Part shown: one piece after another, positions 30,701-40,742 of the stretch | How positions within the stretch are numbered: position 1 is the first letter of the stretch | Layout: each line of letters opens with the position of its first letter | Virus record (IMG/VR): IMGVR_UViG_3300026290_000001 | From: a virus | Reading direction: 5' to 3' (one strand) | Length of the DNA stretch: 64,000 nucleotides | Position numbers and translations under genes: made by a program | Notes under the pieces: model-generated | The model's database searches: none | Seen by the model: the letters and a program-made list of their open reading frames with translations, nothing else | Told to the model about the DNA's origin: nothing

Positions 30701-31061
30701 TATGTGGGAGTTTGAAACTTTATCAATGTTTATTACATATAACCCATTAAAAGAAGCATATAAATATGTTACTCCTTGGGACGAAGTAGACGATGGAGAA
30801 AAAGCAGTTGCTATCTGTGTAGTTGTAGACATTAAAAGAAAAAAAGATAAAAACAACAATACTTTTGCCTATTTAGACTTATATACTCCTTATGGGATAA
30901 TTGAAGCTACTTGTTGGGCAAGGCAATATAAAAACTTTAATGATTTAATTAAAAAAGGGAATAGTCTTGCAATTTTAGGACGGAAAAGAGATGGACAGTT
31001 TTTTGTTGAGTCAATGAAAACCTATCAGCAATGGTTAAAAGATAGAAATATAAACAACTAG
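27729..31061 (+). CDS. dnaE: DNA polymerase III alpha subunit, DnaE type with N-terminal PHP domain
   Basis: N-terminal PHP motif INLHVHDAKGSLLDS; 1110 aa; polymerase core and C-terminal OB-like region. Confidence 0.8.
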   Translation: MINLHVHDAKGSLLDSIATVDKIVEFAKKNNQTAIALTNHGLMTSFVDFVKECNKNDIKPIIGCEIYETDDMHEKQDTRDYQQPRYHLILLAKNKIGLQNLFKIVSISNTEGFYKKPRVSLDWIEKNNCGKGIICLTACQAGRLSKYLINDKELEAIQFVKQLQSIFDYVSCEIQSHKTIDQHNANKKIYEFSQKYNLPYVITTDAHMINKNEIDTHTIFVEIGEGREVGESYVDCYLQTDSDVYNILEKQFSKEIIKEGINETILISNMIENIDIGLNNGVIMPKIPVQEGFNSNKEYLRHLVFKDFEKKFSHLLAEDQQIRKDRLEMELPILYELNYTDYFIMLYMLVEEAKKRDIPRGYSRGSGANCLCLYMLGVTQIDSIRWDLDFSRFANLGRKSIADFDFDISKNRRKEFIEISEELFGKENVAPIATFNTLSTKVAIRDVGKVLDEKSEEYKGKIPYKLRDEVAKMIPTINTINDLGEEEEKEVLLRDVLFKNERLKEIYEQYPLWFKYVMELEGLPKSMGRHAAGTIITPNPVVEYCPICYDSEDNIMIQLEMHSAMDDLGLTKMDYLGLETVDIVDDTLRMAGLTWDDVNIDHLNLEDSEVYEKVYKSGNTIGIFQMESAEARRMCIEAEVDNVEDIIVINAANRPGTKDNFPDYCKNKKYPNEIEVLHEDLKKIFNKTQYVLLYQEQALQLFRYAGFPEEEVDSARRAIGKKLKDEMEKLEIKFKEGLLNKNWNEDQINEIWGLMLKQADYSFNRGHAVAYGLLSYLTAYLKTHYPLEFMTACLTAKSDNMSKLSIFINECHRLNIQVAPPNINLSERNFTAIKNKNKILFGLYAIKGIGDAVVNTIIENRRYEGFDDFLSKTKESGKITKGTIIKLAKSGCFPTKNKRNFLLRYANKLFENDYKNEIFEERKTFKSVKELKEVWGIDTDTIKNKQERLKLFNQKRKEKFDNEEVDRTFKKEDARQKYIKEFSSKYLQEEFMWEFETLSMFITYNPLKEAYKYVTPWDEVDDGEKAVAICVVVDIKRKKDKNNNTFAYLDLYTPYGIIEATCWARQYKNFNDLIKKGNSLAILGRKRDGQFFVESMKTYQQWLKDRNINN

Positions 31062-31072
31062 GAGATAAACAA

Positions 31073-34000
31073 ATGAATCAAACCACTAACCAAATATATG
31101 AATTTAAAGCAACACCGATATTTGAAAGGTATTATAATGACGAAACAAATTGGGGAGTATATAACTTCACCACTACAGATGATATTCCCCATTGTAATGA
31201 TTATAATGATCCTTTTCAAGAAAACTATACTGATAATATTAAACAAAGTACTTTAGTGGGTAAGTGTCAACAACTTTTTCTTGGTTCTGAATACATAGTA
31301 AATGCTAAACTTGAATACAATTCAAAATATAAAAAACACCAGTATGTACCTATTAATGTTACTGCAATTGTTCCTAAATCCGAACAATCACAAAGAGCAT
31401 TTTTAGAAGCAATAATTACCAAAAAACAAGCAGATATATTACTTGAAGTATATCCTAATATTGTTGAAGATACTATCAATGGGAATACGGACAATATTGA
31501 TTTGTCAAAAACTAAAGGTATTAAAGATTATACTTGGAATTATATTAAGGAAAGAATTATTAATAATTATGTAATATCAGATATTATTACATTGCTTCAA
31601 CCTATTGGTGTTACTTATTCAATGATTAAAAAACTATTAATGCACTATGGCAATCCTACTTTACTTAAAAATGATTTGTTAGACAATCCATATATTTTAA
31701 CTAAGATTTATGGATTGGGTTTTAAAAGAGTAGATGGATTGGCATTAAAATTAAAACCAGAATTAAAAGTATCAAATAAAAGGACTTATGCTTTTTTAAA
31801 TTATTATCTAAGAGAAATAGGAGAATCAAACGGTCATACATGGGTTACTTTTGATTTTCTTGAGAATGCAGTTCGTGACAATATTATTGAATGTGAAGAA
31901 TTGTATTATAAAATTTTAGATGTTGAAAGAGATACACAAGCATTATTATATATTGATGATGAAAAAAATAGAATTGGGTTAAAATATTATAGAGATATTG
32001 AAATTGCTATTTATGATATTTTAAAAGAATTGGATAGTTATAAGTCTGATTGGGATTTAGATGTTGAGAAGGGGATACAGCAAGCAGAAAAAGAACAAGG
32101 ATTTGAATTTTCTGATGAGCAAAAAAATATTATTAAAGAATCAGTAAAACATAATGTTGTTAGTATTTCAGGCAAGGCAGGTTGTGTTGATTGTGATACT
32201 GAATATTTTAATGGAATTGAATGGATTAAAATATCAAAATATAAAAATAAAGATAAGGTATTACAATATAATAAAGATGGGAGTGCTGAATTAGTTACCC
32301 CCTTAGAATATCATAAGTATCCGGCAGAATATTTATGGCACTTTGAAACAAAGTATGGATTAGATCAATGTTTATCAGATGAACATAATGTATATTACAT
32401 AACTTCAAAAAATAATTTATATCACAAAACATTTAAGGAAGTTAGAGAAAATCATAATACAACTGGATTTAAAGGTAGATTTATTACTACTTTTAATTAT
32501 GAAGGTAAGGGATTACCTTATAATGAATGGGAAATAAGATTAAAAGTAGCAATAAAGGCAGATGGTAGTTTTTATAGTTCAAATCCTTATACTTGTTATA
32601 TTAATGTTAAAAAACAAAGAAAAAAAGATAGAATTGAATACTTGTTAGATAAAAATAATATAAATTATGAAATAATGAAAAGTGGGGAAGGATATAATAG
32701 ATATAAGTTTACATATTTAGATAACGAAAAAACATACACTAATGAATGGTATAATTGTAATAAGGAACAATTTAAAATCATTTTTGATGAAATATTTTAT
32801 TGGGATGGAAATTTTAATGATAGAGATCAATATTATACTTCATTAAAATCGGATGCAAATTTTATTCAATTTGTAGGAACAACATTAGGTTATAAATCAA
32901 CTATTCAAATTCAAAACAGATTAAATAGAAAATATAAAACTGCTGGAAAAGAATATACTAGAAAATCAATTGGTTATATAGTTGTTTTTACAAAAAGAAA
33001 TTTAATAGGTTTATGTTCAGACTCAAGAGAGGATCATACAAAAACCCCAATTATTCAATATAAAACATTAGATGGTTTTAAATATTGTTTTACCGTTCCT
33101 TCAGGTATGTTAGTTTTACGTAGAAATAATAAAATATTTATTACCGGGAATTCAGGTAAAACCACTATTTCTAGAGCATTACTAACAATATATAAAAATG
33201 CAAATAAAACAATAGGAACCTGTGCACTTTCTGCCAAAGCTGCACAACGTATCACTGAAGCAACTGGTTTTCAAGCATCTACTATTCACCGTTTATTAGG
33301 AGCAAAAGGATTAAATGAATTTACTTTTAATTATGAAAATCCATTACCTTATGATGTGATTTTAGCAGATGAATGTAGTATGAATAATGCAAGAATTTTT
33401 TATGATTTGATCTCAGCAATTAAACCAGGATCGAAATTAATCATGTCTGGTGATTGTCGGCAGTTACCTCCTATTGGTTTTGGGAACATTTTTAGTGACG
33501 TTCTTGAATTAAAAGAGCAATTTAATATTTATGAACTTACTAAAGTACATAGGCAAGCAGAAAAATCAGGAATATTAACCGATGCTAATCTAATTAGAGA
33601 GGGTATTAATCCTATTCAACAACCTGAATTTAAAATTGTTAGTGGTGAATTGCAAGACATGTACTACATGTTTAGAGATAATAAACAAGCATTAAATGAT
33701 ATTGCAATTAAAATGTATTTAAAATCAATTGAAGAAGATGGGTTGGATGATGTTATAATTATTACTCCAAGAAAAAAAGATTGTATTAATAGTACTATTG
33801 AAATTAATAGAATAATTCAAGATAAATTAATTAGTGACAATAAACCATTTTTAAAAAAGGGTAATTTAAAATTTAAACTTGGTGCAAAGGTAATTCAAAG
33901 AGTAAATAATTATGATAAGAATATTTTTAATGGTGAAATAGGATATATTGTTGATATTTTTAAGGCAAAACCTACAGATGAATATGACAATATGTTTACA

Positions 34001-34282
34001 GTACAATATCCTAGTAAAACCATTACCTATTCAAAGAACGAATTGGATCAGATTGATTTAGCATATGCCCTTACGATCCATCTCGCACAGGGTAGCGGAT
34101 ATAAAACTACAATAGTTATTATTGATAATTCTCATTATATTTTACTTGATAGTTGTTTACTTTATACAGGTATTACTAGAGCGAAACAAAGGTGCTTATT
34201 ATTGGCTGAACCTTCAGCATTTAAAAAATGTATTGTTAATAATAAAAGTATTGAAAGGCAAACATGGTTTAAAGAATTTTAA
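31073..34282 (+). CDS. RecD-like (superfamily 1) DNA helicase with an apparent intein in the P-loop
   Basis: C-terminal AYALTIHLAQGSGYKTT and LLYTGITRAK; Walker A split as ISGKAG / SGKTT by a 323-aa insert. Confidence 0.7.
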   Translation: MNQTTNQIYEFKATPIFERYYNDETNWGVYNFTTTDDIPHCNDYNDPFQENYTDNIKQSTLVGKCQQLFLGSEYIVNAKLEYNSKYKKHQYVPINVTAIVPKSEQSQRAFLEAIITKKQADILLEVYPNIVEDTINGNTDNIDLSKTKGIKDYTWNYIKERIINNYVISDIITLLQPIGVTYSMIKKLLMHYGNPTLLKNDLLDNPYILTKIYGLGFKRVDGLALKLKPELKVSNKRTYAFLNYYLREIGESNGHTWVTFDFLENAVRDNIIECEELYYKILDVERDTQALLYIDDEKNRIGLKYYRDIEIAIYDILKELDSYKSDWDLDVEKGIQQAEKEQGFEFSDEQKNIIKESVKHNVVSISGKAGCVDCDTEYFNGIEWIKISKYKNKDKVLQYNKDGSAELVTPLEYHKYPAEYLWHFETKYGLDQCLSDEHNVYYITSKNNLYHKTFKEVRENHNTTGFKGRFITTFNYEGKGLPYNEWEIRLKVAIKADGSFYSSNPYTCYINVKKQRKKDRIEYLLDKNNINYEIMKSGEGYNRYKFTYLDNEKTYTNEWYNCNKEQFKIIFDEIFYWDGNFNDRDQYYTSLKSDANFIQFVGTTLGYKSTIQIQNRLNRKYKTAGKEYTRKSIGYIVVFTKRNLIGLCSDSREDHTKTPIIQYKTLDGFKYCFTVPSGMLVLRRNNKIFITGNSGKTTISRALLTIYKNANKTIGTCALSAKAAQRITEATGFQASTIHRLLGAKGLNEFTFNYENPLPYDVILADECSMNNARIFYDLISAIKPGSKLIMSGDCRQLPPIGFGNIFSDVLELKEQFNIYELTKVHRQAEKSGILTDANLIREGINPIQQPEFKIVSGELQDMYYMFRDNKQALNDIAIKMYLKSIEEDGLDDVIIITPRKKDCINSTIEINRIIQDKLISDNKPFLKKGNLKFKLGAKVIQRVNNYDKNIFNGEIGYIVDIFKAKPTDEYDNMFTVQYPSKTITYSKNELDQIDLAYALTIHLAQGSGYKTTIVIIDNSHYILLDSCLLYTGITRAKQRCLLLAEPSAFKKCIVNNKSIERQTWFKEF
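32183..33151 (+). other. candidate intein (Hint plus LAGLIDADG-like endonuclease domain) in the helicase Walker A motif
   Basis: Starts CVDCDT (Cys1, DT at 5-6); ends ITGN with +1 Ser; internal IKADGSF and FYWDGNF about 100 aa apart; removal restores GKAGSGKTT. Confidence 0.5.
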
Positions 34283-34392
34283 TCAAAAACATAATATAAA
34301 TATATTGACAAACAACAACATAAATAATATACTATTACTAAGGAGCGAGGCACAGAAAAACAGAATTTTGGATTGATGAGACTATAAATATT

Positions 34393-34578
34393 TTGTCAAC
34401 TAGGGAATTATCTTTAAAAGATTTTGGTGGTATAGAAAGTGTTTGTATAGGAGATTCTGGATATCCACTTTGTACAATTACTTTTAAAAACGGTATAGAA
34501 ATATATGCGGAAAATCAATCTCCACTTTGGGCAGTAGAAGAGAATGATAAAATATTAGATAGTTTAAACCAAAGGTAA
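34393..34578 (+). CDS. hypothetical protein
   Basis: 61-aa ORF in a coding-dense region; weak RBS. Confidence 0.35.
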   Translation: MSTRELSLKDFGGIESVCIGDSGYPLCTITFKNGIEIYAENQSPLWAVEENDKILDSLNQR

Positions 34579-34619
34579 ATTTCGTTCAAACTTAAAAAGA
34601 AAGGAGGATAAATTTAAAA

Positions 34620-35219
34620 ATGCCAGCACAAATACCAGACACAGAATACATGCTAGACGATTCAAAGAGACAAATTCTAGAAAACAATATAGATTTTATT
34701 CACTATATAACTAACAAACTTTTAAATACCCACGATATATCCAGGGATCAATATGATGATATTTTTCAAGATTGTACTATTGACTTTATCAAATGTTTAA
34801 AAGAATTTGACAAATCTAAGTCTAAAATCACTACTTATACAGGTAAAAAAATGATATCCGAACACAATAGAAGAATGGATAGATACTACAAAAAGAAAAA
34901 TGTTTTAGGCGAATATTTCTTTGATGACATTATCAATAGTGATTCCGAAGATACATTAGAAGTACTTAATGTTTTATCTGCTACATATGATTTTGAAGAC
35001 AATATAATTCATAATATTTTTATTCAAGATATATTAAATCAGTTAGAAAATAAATTTTCATCAAGAAATTTAGAAATTTTTAATTTACATATGAACGGAA
35101 TAAAGCAAACCAAAATAGCAAAGATGTATAATATTACTAGTCAAAGAGTAGGGCAAATTATTAGTAAATTTAGAGAAGAGGCACAAAAGTTAATGATAGA
35201 AAATGGGATATATCAATAG
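34620..35219 (+). CDS. sigma-70 family RNA polymerase sigma factor
   Basis: Region-2-like FQDCTIDFIKCLKEFD…TTYTGKKMISEHNRRM and region-4 HTH NGIKQTKIAKMYNITSQRVGQIISKFREEA. Confidence 0.6.
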   Translation: MPAQIPDTEYMLDDSKRQILENNIDFIHYITNKLLNTHDISRDQYDDIFQDCTIDFIKCLKEFDKSKSKITTYTGKKMISEHNRRMDRYYKKKNVLGEYFFDDIINSDSEDTLEVLNVLSATYDFEDNIIHNIFIQDILNQLENKFSSRNLEIFNLHMNGIKQTKIAKMYNITSQRVGQIISKFREEAQKLMIENGIYQ

Positions 35220-35343
35220 GAGGCAATATAAATGATTTGTAGATTTAAAATATGGTTTAATACTAAAGTTTTAAAAAGAAATGGGAATAAAAATAAAGTA
35301 GTTAAAATCACTAATATTAAATATTATTAAGGAGAATTGAATT

Positions 35344-35688
35344 ATGAAAATTATAAACAATCCTTTTGATACTATAATTCAAGCAGTAGAAGAATTATAT
35401 CCTAATACACATGCACTTATTCAGTTTAATCCAGAATTAAGAGGCAGAGATTATGGAGAATGTGGATGCACCACCTTCCCTACTAACCCAGACGAAGAAA
35501 TATTAATAGACATATCTACTAACATCCCTTTTATTCACATGCCTGAGATTCTTGCACATGAATTAGCACATGTAGTAGTTGGCACAAATGAAGAAAATGA
35601 TCATGGTGATAAATGGCAGGAAGTGTTTGATGCTATTCATGTAAAATATGAAGAGTTAGTAGATTTTGCTGAGAAAGAATATTCGTAA
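35344..35688 (+). CDS. small HExxH metallopeptidase-like protein
   Basis: HELAH motif with downstream acidic residues. Confidence 0.4.
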   Translation: MKIINNPFDTIIQAVEELYPNTHALIQFNPELRGRDYGECGCTTFPTNPDEEILIDISTNIPFIHMPEILAHELAHVVVGTNEENDHGDKWQEVFDAIHVKYEELVDFAEKEYS

Positions 35689-35865
35689 AGGAGGTTAACC
35701 CCATCAAACACATACAAGATATTAGAAAGTTAATCCCAACGGGAAATACATTTTTAAAAACTTACACAAAGCATTATTTAATGTGTCAAATATTAAGTAG
35801 TTTATTATTAATAATTATTACAATTTGTATTGCGGTTTATATTATAAATATAAAAGGAGGGTAAA

Positions 35866-36153
35866 ATGAAAAAAATTTACCGTAATTTTGAATTAGATGC
35901 ACATAAAGAAAAATCTTTAGCAGGTTATCTATTATTATACTTTGCCATTTATGATAAAGACGGTTATGAATGGGTTTGTGGTTTTGAAGATTCTGTTGAA
36001 AAAGTAATTGATAAAATTGACGATCTTGAAGAATGGGTGGATGAATTTTATGAAAATATTAAAAACAAAATTTGCTCAGATTGTTATGAAGAATTAAATG
36101 ATATGTTGTATTGTAAGTTTTGTGATTTAGATTATAATAAATACATAAAATAA
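35866..36153 (+). CDS. hypothetical zinc-ribbon protein
   Basis: CSDC…CKFC. Confidence 0.45.
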   Translation: MKKIYRNFELDAHKEKSLAGYLLLYFAIYDKDGYEWVCGFEDSVEKVIDKIDDLEEWVDEFYENIKNKICSDCYEELNDMLYCKFCDLDYNKYIK

Positions 36154-36171
36154 AAATAGGAGGGAAACAAA

Positions 36172-36381
36172 ATGTATAAAAATACTCGTACTGCCGAAGT
36201 ATTAGTTAATGGAGAGTGGATTCATATTGAACCAATTAACATTAAAAAGGGTATGGGGTTTAGAATGTTTGAGGAAGATGGGACTCCTGTAACTACAAAT
36301 GGAATTAATTCTTTTATAGCATCTAGTGATGCATTTATCAATAAACATGGTGTAGTTTGCATTAATACATACTCAATATAA
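36172..36381 (+). CDS. hypothetical protein
   Basis: RBS AGGAGGG then ATG. Confidence 0.45.
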   Translation: MYKNTRTAEVLVNGEWIHIEPINIKKGMGFRMFEEDGTPVTTNGINSFIASSDAFINKHGVVCINTYSI

Positions 36382-36422
36382 AAGTAACATTTGGTATTAA
36401 ATTATAAAGATATGGAGGCAAA

Positions 36423-36758
36423 ATGAACACATCTTATTTTGCAAAATACAAAGGAGAAAACGCGGTTTCAATAGCAGGTAAATGTCCAGACTGGTTTAAG
36501 GGTAGACAATATAAAAAACTTGCCCCAAAATATAATTGGTGGAAGAAATGGCATGATGAAAAATTAAGTGAAGAATGGTATATAGAGCAATATTACAAAA
36601 CAATATTAAATAAACTAGATGCTAAAAAAGTTTATGAAGAACTAGGTAAAAATGCAGTTTTACTTTGTTGGGAAAAATCGGGAAAGTTTTGTCATCGTCA
36701 TTTAGTTGCCGAATGGTTTAAAAAAGAATTAGGAATTGAAGTTGATGAATTAAAATAA
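36423..36758 (+). CDS. hypothetical protein, DUF488-like
   Basis: LLCWEKSGKFCHRHLVAEW resembles the DUF488 CxE…CHR block; recalled from memory. Confidence 0.35.
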   Translation: MNTSYFAKYKGENAVSIAGKCPDWFKGRQYKKLAPKYNWWKKWHDEKLSEEWYIEQYYKTILNKLDAKKVYEELGKNAVLLCWEKSGKFCHRHLVAEWFKKELGIEVDELK

Positions 36759-36790
36759 TTTTAAACAATAAAGTTTTAAAAGGAGGAATA

Positions 36791-37069
36791 ATGACAAAAC
36801 AATACTTTAAAATCATATCATTAAATAATACCAGAGCAATAGAATTAGAAAGATACGGAGATTTCAACGAAGAATATCATCAGAAATATATTGGTCAAAT
36901 AGGCTATATGATAGGTCACTCTATATCAGATAAAAGTATATTTAAAGATTTTAAATGTTTGATCACTAAAACAGATAATATGGGTAGGCCATTAGATGGT
37001 GATTGGTTCCATAAAGACGATTTGGAAAAAGTGAAAAGAAAGGAGGAAATATTAATATGGCAGAAATAA
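36791..37069 (+). CDS. hypothetical protein
   Basis: RBS AAAGGAGG then ATG. Confidence 0.45.
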   Translation: MTKQYFKIISLNNTRAIELERYGDFNEEYHQKYIGQIGYMIGHSISDKSIFKDFKCLITKTDNMGRPLDGDWFHKDDLEKVKRKEEILIWQK

Positions 37070-37133
37070 TTGCCATAAACCATAAACATCTAATTAAAAC
37101 AATAAAATAAATATGGAGGTAATAAATTATTGA

Positions 37134-37373
37134 ATGGATGAAATAATAGAAATGCTAGAAGAAAGGCATACACCATTAGAAATAGTTGAAATTTTGTATG
37201 GTTTAGATAAGTTTGATATTGACAATTATGCTGTCGAGCATGATATATGCCCTGTATGTTTAGGAGAATTGGTTATGCGTAGGTATAAAGAACGTAGACC
37301 TGATTTTTGGGGATTCCCCGCTTATGAGGAAATGTGTGATTTAGTTTGTAGTAGATGTGGAGAGGTATTTTAA
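37134..37373 (+). CDS. hypothetical zinc-ribbon protein
   Basis: CPVC…CSRC. Confidence 0.45.
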   Translation: MDEIIEMLEERHTPLEIVEILYGLDKFDIDNYAVEHDICPVCLGELVMRRYKERRPDFWGFPAYEEMCDLVCSRCGEVF

Positions 37374-37391
37374 AGGAGGGATTATTACATA

Positions 37392-37592
37392 TTGAATATT
37401 ACATTGTATTCTACTGATTGCCCTAAATGTAAAATATTAAAACAAAGATTGGATGAAAAAAATATTAATTATGAAATATGTAAAGATGTAAATTTTATGT
37501 TATCTAAGGGGATTAAGTCTGTGCCAATGCTAGAAGTGAATGATGAAATGATGAATTTTGACAAAGCAATATTTTTTGTTAAGGAGATATAA
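37392..37592 (+). CDS. nrdH: glutaredoxin-like protein NrdH
   Basis: CPKC redox motif in a 66-aa thioredoxin-fold-sized protein immediately upstream of nrdD; TTG start. Confidence 0.6.
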   Translation: MNITLYSTDCPKCKILKQRLDEKNINYEICKDVNFMLSKGIKSVPMLEVNDEMMNFDKAIFFVKEI

Positions 37593-39347
37593 ATGGATAG
37601 TAAATCGATTATTGACGAATATATAAAGAAAACAGATTGGAGAGTAAATGAAAATTCAAATTCACCTTATAGTTTTGGTGGATTAAATAAACATATAATT
37701 GCTGAAATATCAAAAGATTATTGGCTAAGGAATGTTTATCCCAAAAGAATAACTAATACTTATCTTAATGGGAAAATGCATATTCATGATCTTGGAGGAA
37801 TGACGTTATATTGTTGCGGATATTCTCTTAAAGATATACTAATGATGGGTGTACAAGGAGTACCTAATATTCCTACTTCTGCCCCTGCTAAACATTTTGA
37901 TGCTGTACTTAATCAATTAAGTAATTTAGTTACTGTGTTTCAAAATGAAATTATGGGTGCAGTAGCTTTTAATTCTTTTGATACATTACTTGCACCATTT
38001 GTTAAAAAAGATAATTTAACTTTTAAAGAAGTTAAGCAAAGTATGCAAAATTTTATTTTTAGTATTAACTCTAATTCTAGAGGTGGTGCGGAACCTGCTT
38101 TTTCAAATATTACATTTGATCTCACACCACCAGATGATTTATTAAATGAAAATGCAATTATTGGTGGAGATTTTGTTGGTTTTACATATAAGGATTGTCA
38201 AAAAGAAATAGATATGATAAACAAAGCATTTTATGAATTAATGCTTAAAGGAGATGCTAAGAAACGTCCGTTTGCATACCCAATACCCACATATAATATC
38301 CATTCTCGTTTTGATTGGAATAATCCTAATAATGATTTGTTATGGGAAATGGCAGGTAAATATGGTTATCCATACTTTGCAAATTTTTTAAATAGTGATA
38401 TGAACCCAAGTGATATAAGAAGTATGTGTTGCAGACTTAGTATTAATTTAAAAGAATTATCAAGAAAAAATGGTGGGTTATTTGGTGCAGGAGATTCTAC
38501 TGGCTCTATTGGTGTAGTTACAATAAATCTGCCAAGAATAGCATATTTAAATAGTAGTAATAAAAAGAAGTTCTATAAAGATTTAGAACGCACTTTAAAT
38601 ATTGCCAAAGATAGTCTTGAAATTAAACGAAAATGGTTACAAGAAAATATTGTTGATAAAAATATGATTCCTGCCTTTTGTACATATGTAGGCACTTTAA
38701 AAAATCATTTTAGTACAATTGGTGTAGTTGGTATGAATGAAATGTGTGAAAATTTTTTTGGGAAAGATATTGATATATTAACTTCGCAAGGAAAAGAATT
38801 TGCAATTGAAGTTGGTAATTTTATTCGTAATAAACTTATACAATATCAAGAAGAAACTGGCAACCTTTATAATTTTGAGGCTACCCCTGCCGAGTCTACA
38901 TGTTATAGATTAGCAAAAAAAGATTGTGAAGAATTTGATGATATTATTATTAGAGGAACAAGAGAAGCACCTTATTATACAAATTCTTGTCATATGCCAG
39001 TTAATAAAGTTAAAAATATCCATCAAGTATTTGAACATCAAAATGATTTGCAAATTCTATTTACGGGTGGAACCGTAATTCATATATTTATGAATGGTGC
39101 TATTAGCGGACAACAAGCGAAAAGCATTATTAAAACAGTTTGCGAACAATATAAAGTTCCATATGTAAGTATTTCACCATTAAATAGATATTGTCCTAAT
39201 CATAATTATATCGAAGAAAAAGTTGATTATTGTCCTATATGTAATACGCCAGTTGAAATGTATCAAAGAATTACGGGTTATCTTAGGAGAGTTGAATTTT
39301 TTAATGATGGTAAAAAATCAGAATTCAGAGATAGAGTACAATTATAA
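37593..39347 (+). CDS. nrdD: anaerobic ribonucleoside-triphosphate reductase (class III)
   Basis: C-terminal glycyl-radical motif RITGYL; zinc ribbon CPNH…CPIC; 584 aa. Confidence 0.85.
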   Translation: MDSKSIIDEYIKKTDWRVNENSNSPYSFGGLNKHIIAEISKDYWLRNVYPKRITNTYLNGKMHIHDLGGMTLYCCGYSLKDILMMGVQGVPNIPTSAPAKHFDAVLNQLSNLVTVFQNEIMGAVAFNSFDTLLAPFVKKDNLTFKEVKQSMQNFIFSINSNSRGGAEPAFSNITFDLTPPDDLLNENAIIGGDFVGFTYKDCQKEIDMINKAFYELMLKGDAKKRPFAYPIPTYNIHSRFDWNNPNNDLLWEMAGKYGYPYFANFLNSDMNPSDIRSMCCRLSINLKELSRKNGGLFGAGDSTGSIGVVTINLPRIAYLNSSNKKKFYKDLERTLNIAKDSLEIKRKWLQENIVDKNMIPAFCTYVGTLKNHFSTIGVVGMNEMCENFFGKDIDILTSQGKEFAIEVGNFIRNKLIQYQEETGNLYNFEATPAESTCYRLAKKDCEEFDDIIIRGTREAPYYTNSCHMPVNKVKNIHQVFEHQNDLQILFTGGTVIHIFMNGAISGQQAKSIIKTVCEQYKVPYVSISPLNRYCPNHNYIEEKVDYCPICNTPVEMYQRITGYLRRVEFFNDGKKSEFRDRVQL

Positions 39348-39349
39348 AT

Positions 39350-39802
39350 ATGGAAATTCTTATTAAAGGTATTTTTCATGAACGCACAGAAGATGCTCCT
39401 TTTATTGGGGCATTAATCTGTGCAAATAATTGTAAATTTAATTGCCCTAATTGCTATAATAAAGAATTAAAATTTTCACCTAGTTATTATATAAATGATA
39501 ATGAAATAATTCAAGAGGTAAAATCCAATCTATTTAATAAAGGTATTATTCTTGCAGGATTAGAATGGACTTTACAAGCAGAAGAAATGTTTAGGTTAAT
39601 TGAATTAGCATTAAATAATCAATTAGAAATTATTTTGTATACTGGAATGGATTATGATGTATTAATTAAAAAGTTTCCTGAGTTATTGAATTATCATATT
39701 TATATAAAAACAGGCAAGTATATAAAGGAATTATCAACAGATGATAATATTCAATTTGGAGTTAAATTAGCAAGTTCAAATCAAAAAATATATAAAATAT
39801 AG
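39350..39802 (+). CDS. nrdG: anaerobic RNR activating protein-like (radical SAM)
   Basis: Cys cluster CANNCKFNCPNC directly downstream of nrdD. Confidence 0.55.
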   Translation: MEILIKGIFHERTEDAPFIGALICANNCKFNCPNCYNKELKFSPSYYINDNEIIQEVKSNLFNKGIILAGLEWTLQAEEMFRLIELALNNQLEIILYTGMDYDVLIKKFPELLNYHIYIKTGKYIKELSTDDNIQFGVKLASSNQKIYKI

Positions 39803-40002
39803 AAAGGAGGGAAATAACCATACCACAATTCATTCTCTGTAAAAAAACAACTTGTCCTAACCCGAACATGAAAATCATCCTTACAATGATTTTATAAATT
39901 TATGTGATGATAATGATGAGTATAGATATTTTGTGAAGATTCGTGAAACTGACAAAGTGATTAAATTAGATGTAAATAAAAAAGAAGATGAGGAGAAAAT
40001 TG

Positions 40003-40431
40003 ATGAATATTAAAATTAAATACTTTAATGACCAACTAGAAAAAATACAAAAAATATCTCAAGGAGATTGGATTGATTTACGTTCATCTATTAATTGTGA
40101 ATTAAAACAAGGAGAATTTAAATTAATACCACTAGGTGTTGCTATGGAATTACCAAAAAATCATGAAGCACATATTGTTCCTAGGTCAAGTACTTATAAA
40201 AATTTTGGAATTATTCAAACTAATCATAAAGGCGTAGTTGACGAATCTTATTCGGGCAATAACGATCAGTGGTTTATGCCTGTTATTGCCTTTAGAGATA
40301 CAAAGATAAATATGAATGACAGAATATGTCAATTCAGGATTGTAGAAAAAATGCCAGAAGTTAATTTTATTGAAGTTGAAGAATTAGGTAATAAAGATAG
40401 GGGAGGGCATGGAAGTACAGGTATTCAATAA
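40003..40431 (+). CDS. dut: dUTP diphosphatase
   Basis: dUTPase motifs VVDESYSGN and C-terminal RGGHGSTG; track ORF starts at 39988, ATG 40003 follows GAGGAG. Confidence 0.8.
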   Translation: MNIKIKYFNDQLEKIQKISQGDWIDLRSSINCELKQGEFKLIPLGVAMELPKNHEAHIVPRSSTYKNFGIIQTNHKGVVDESYSGNNDQWFMPVIAFRDTKINMNDRICQFRIVEKMPEVNFIEVEELGNKDRGGHGSTGIQ

Positions 40432-40496
40432 ATATAGCAGAGGTTATCCCTCTGCTATCCCTTCAATAAACAATTTAATTCAAAGGAGGCAATTAT

Positions 40497-40691
40497 ATGA
40501 AATGTACCGATCCTAAATTATGCATCCACTATTTTGAATTTGATATTTCACCAACAAAAATAAAATCAGTTTGTATAAAACATGAATTTGATATTAATTT
40601 TCACAACATAAATCAAATAGAAAAATGCCAAGATCATAAAACATACGAGCAAGCTAGGGAAGAACGGAAAAACTACTTGAAAATTAATTAG
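40497..40691 (+). CDS. hypothetical protein
   Basis: RBS AAAGGAGG then ATG. Confidence 0.4.
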   Translation: MKCTDPKLCIHYFEFDISPTKIKSVCIKHEFDINFHNINQIEKCQDHKTYEQAREERKNYLKIN

Positions 40692-40742
40692 TTATGTATT
40701 AAAATAGTAATATAAAAATACATTAATTATTGGGAGGTATTT

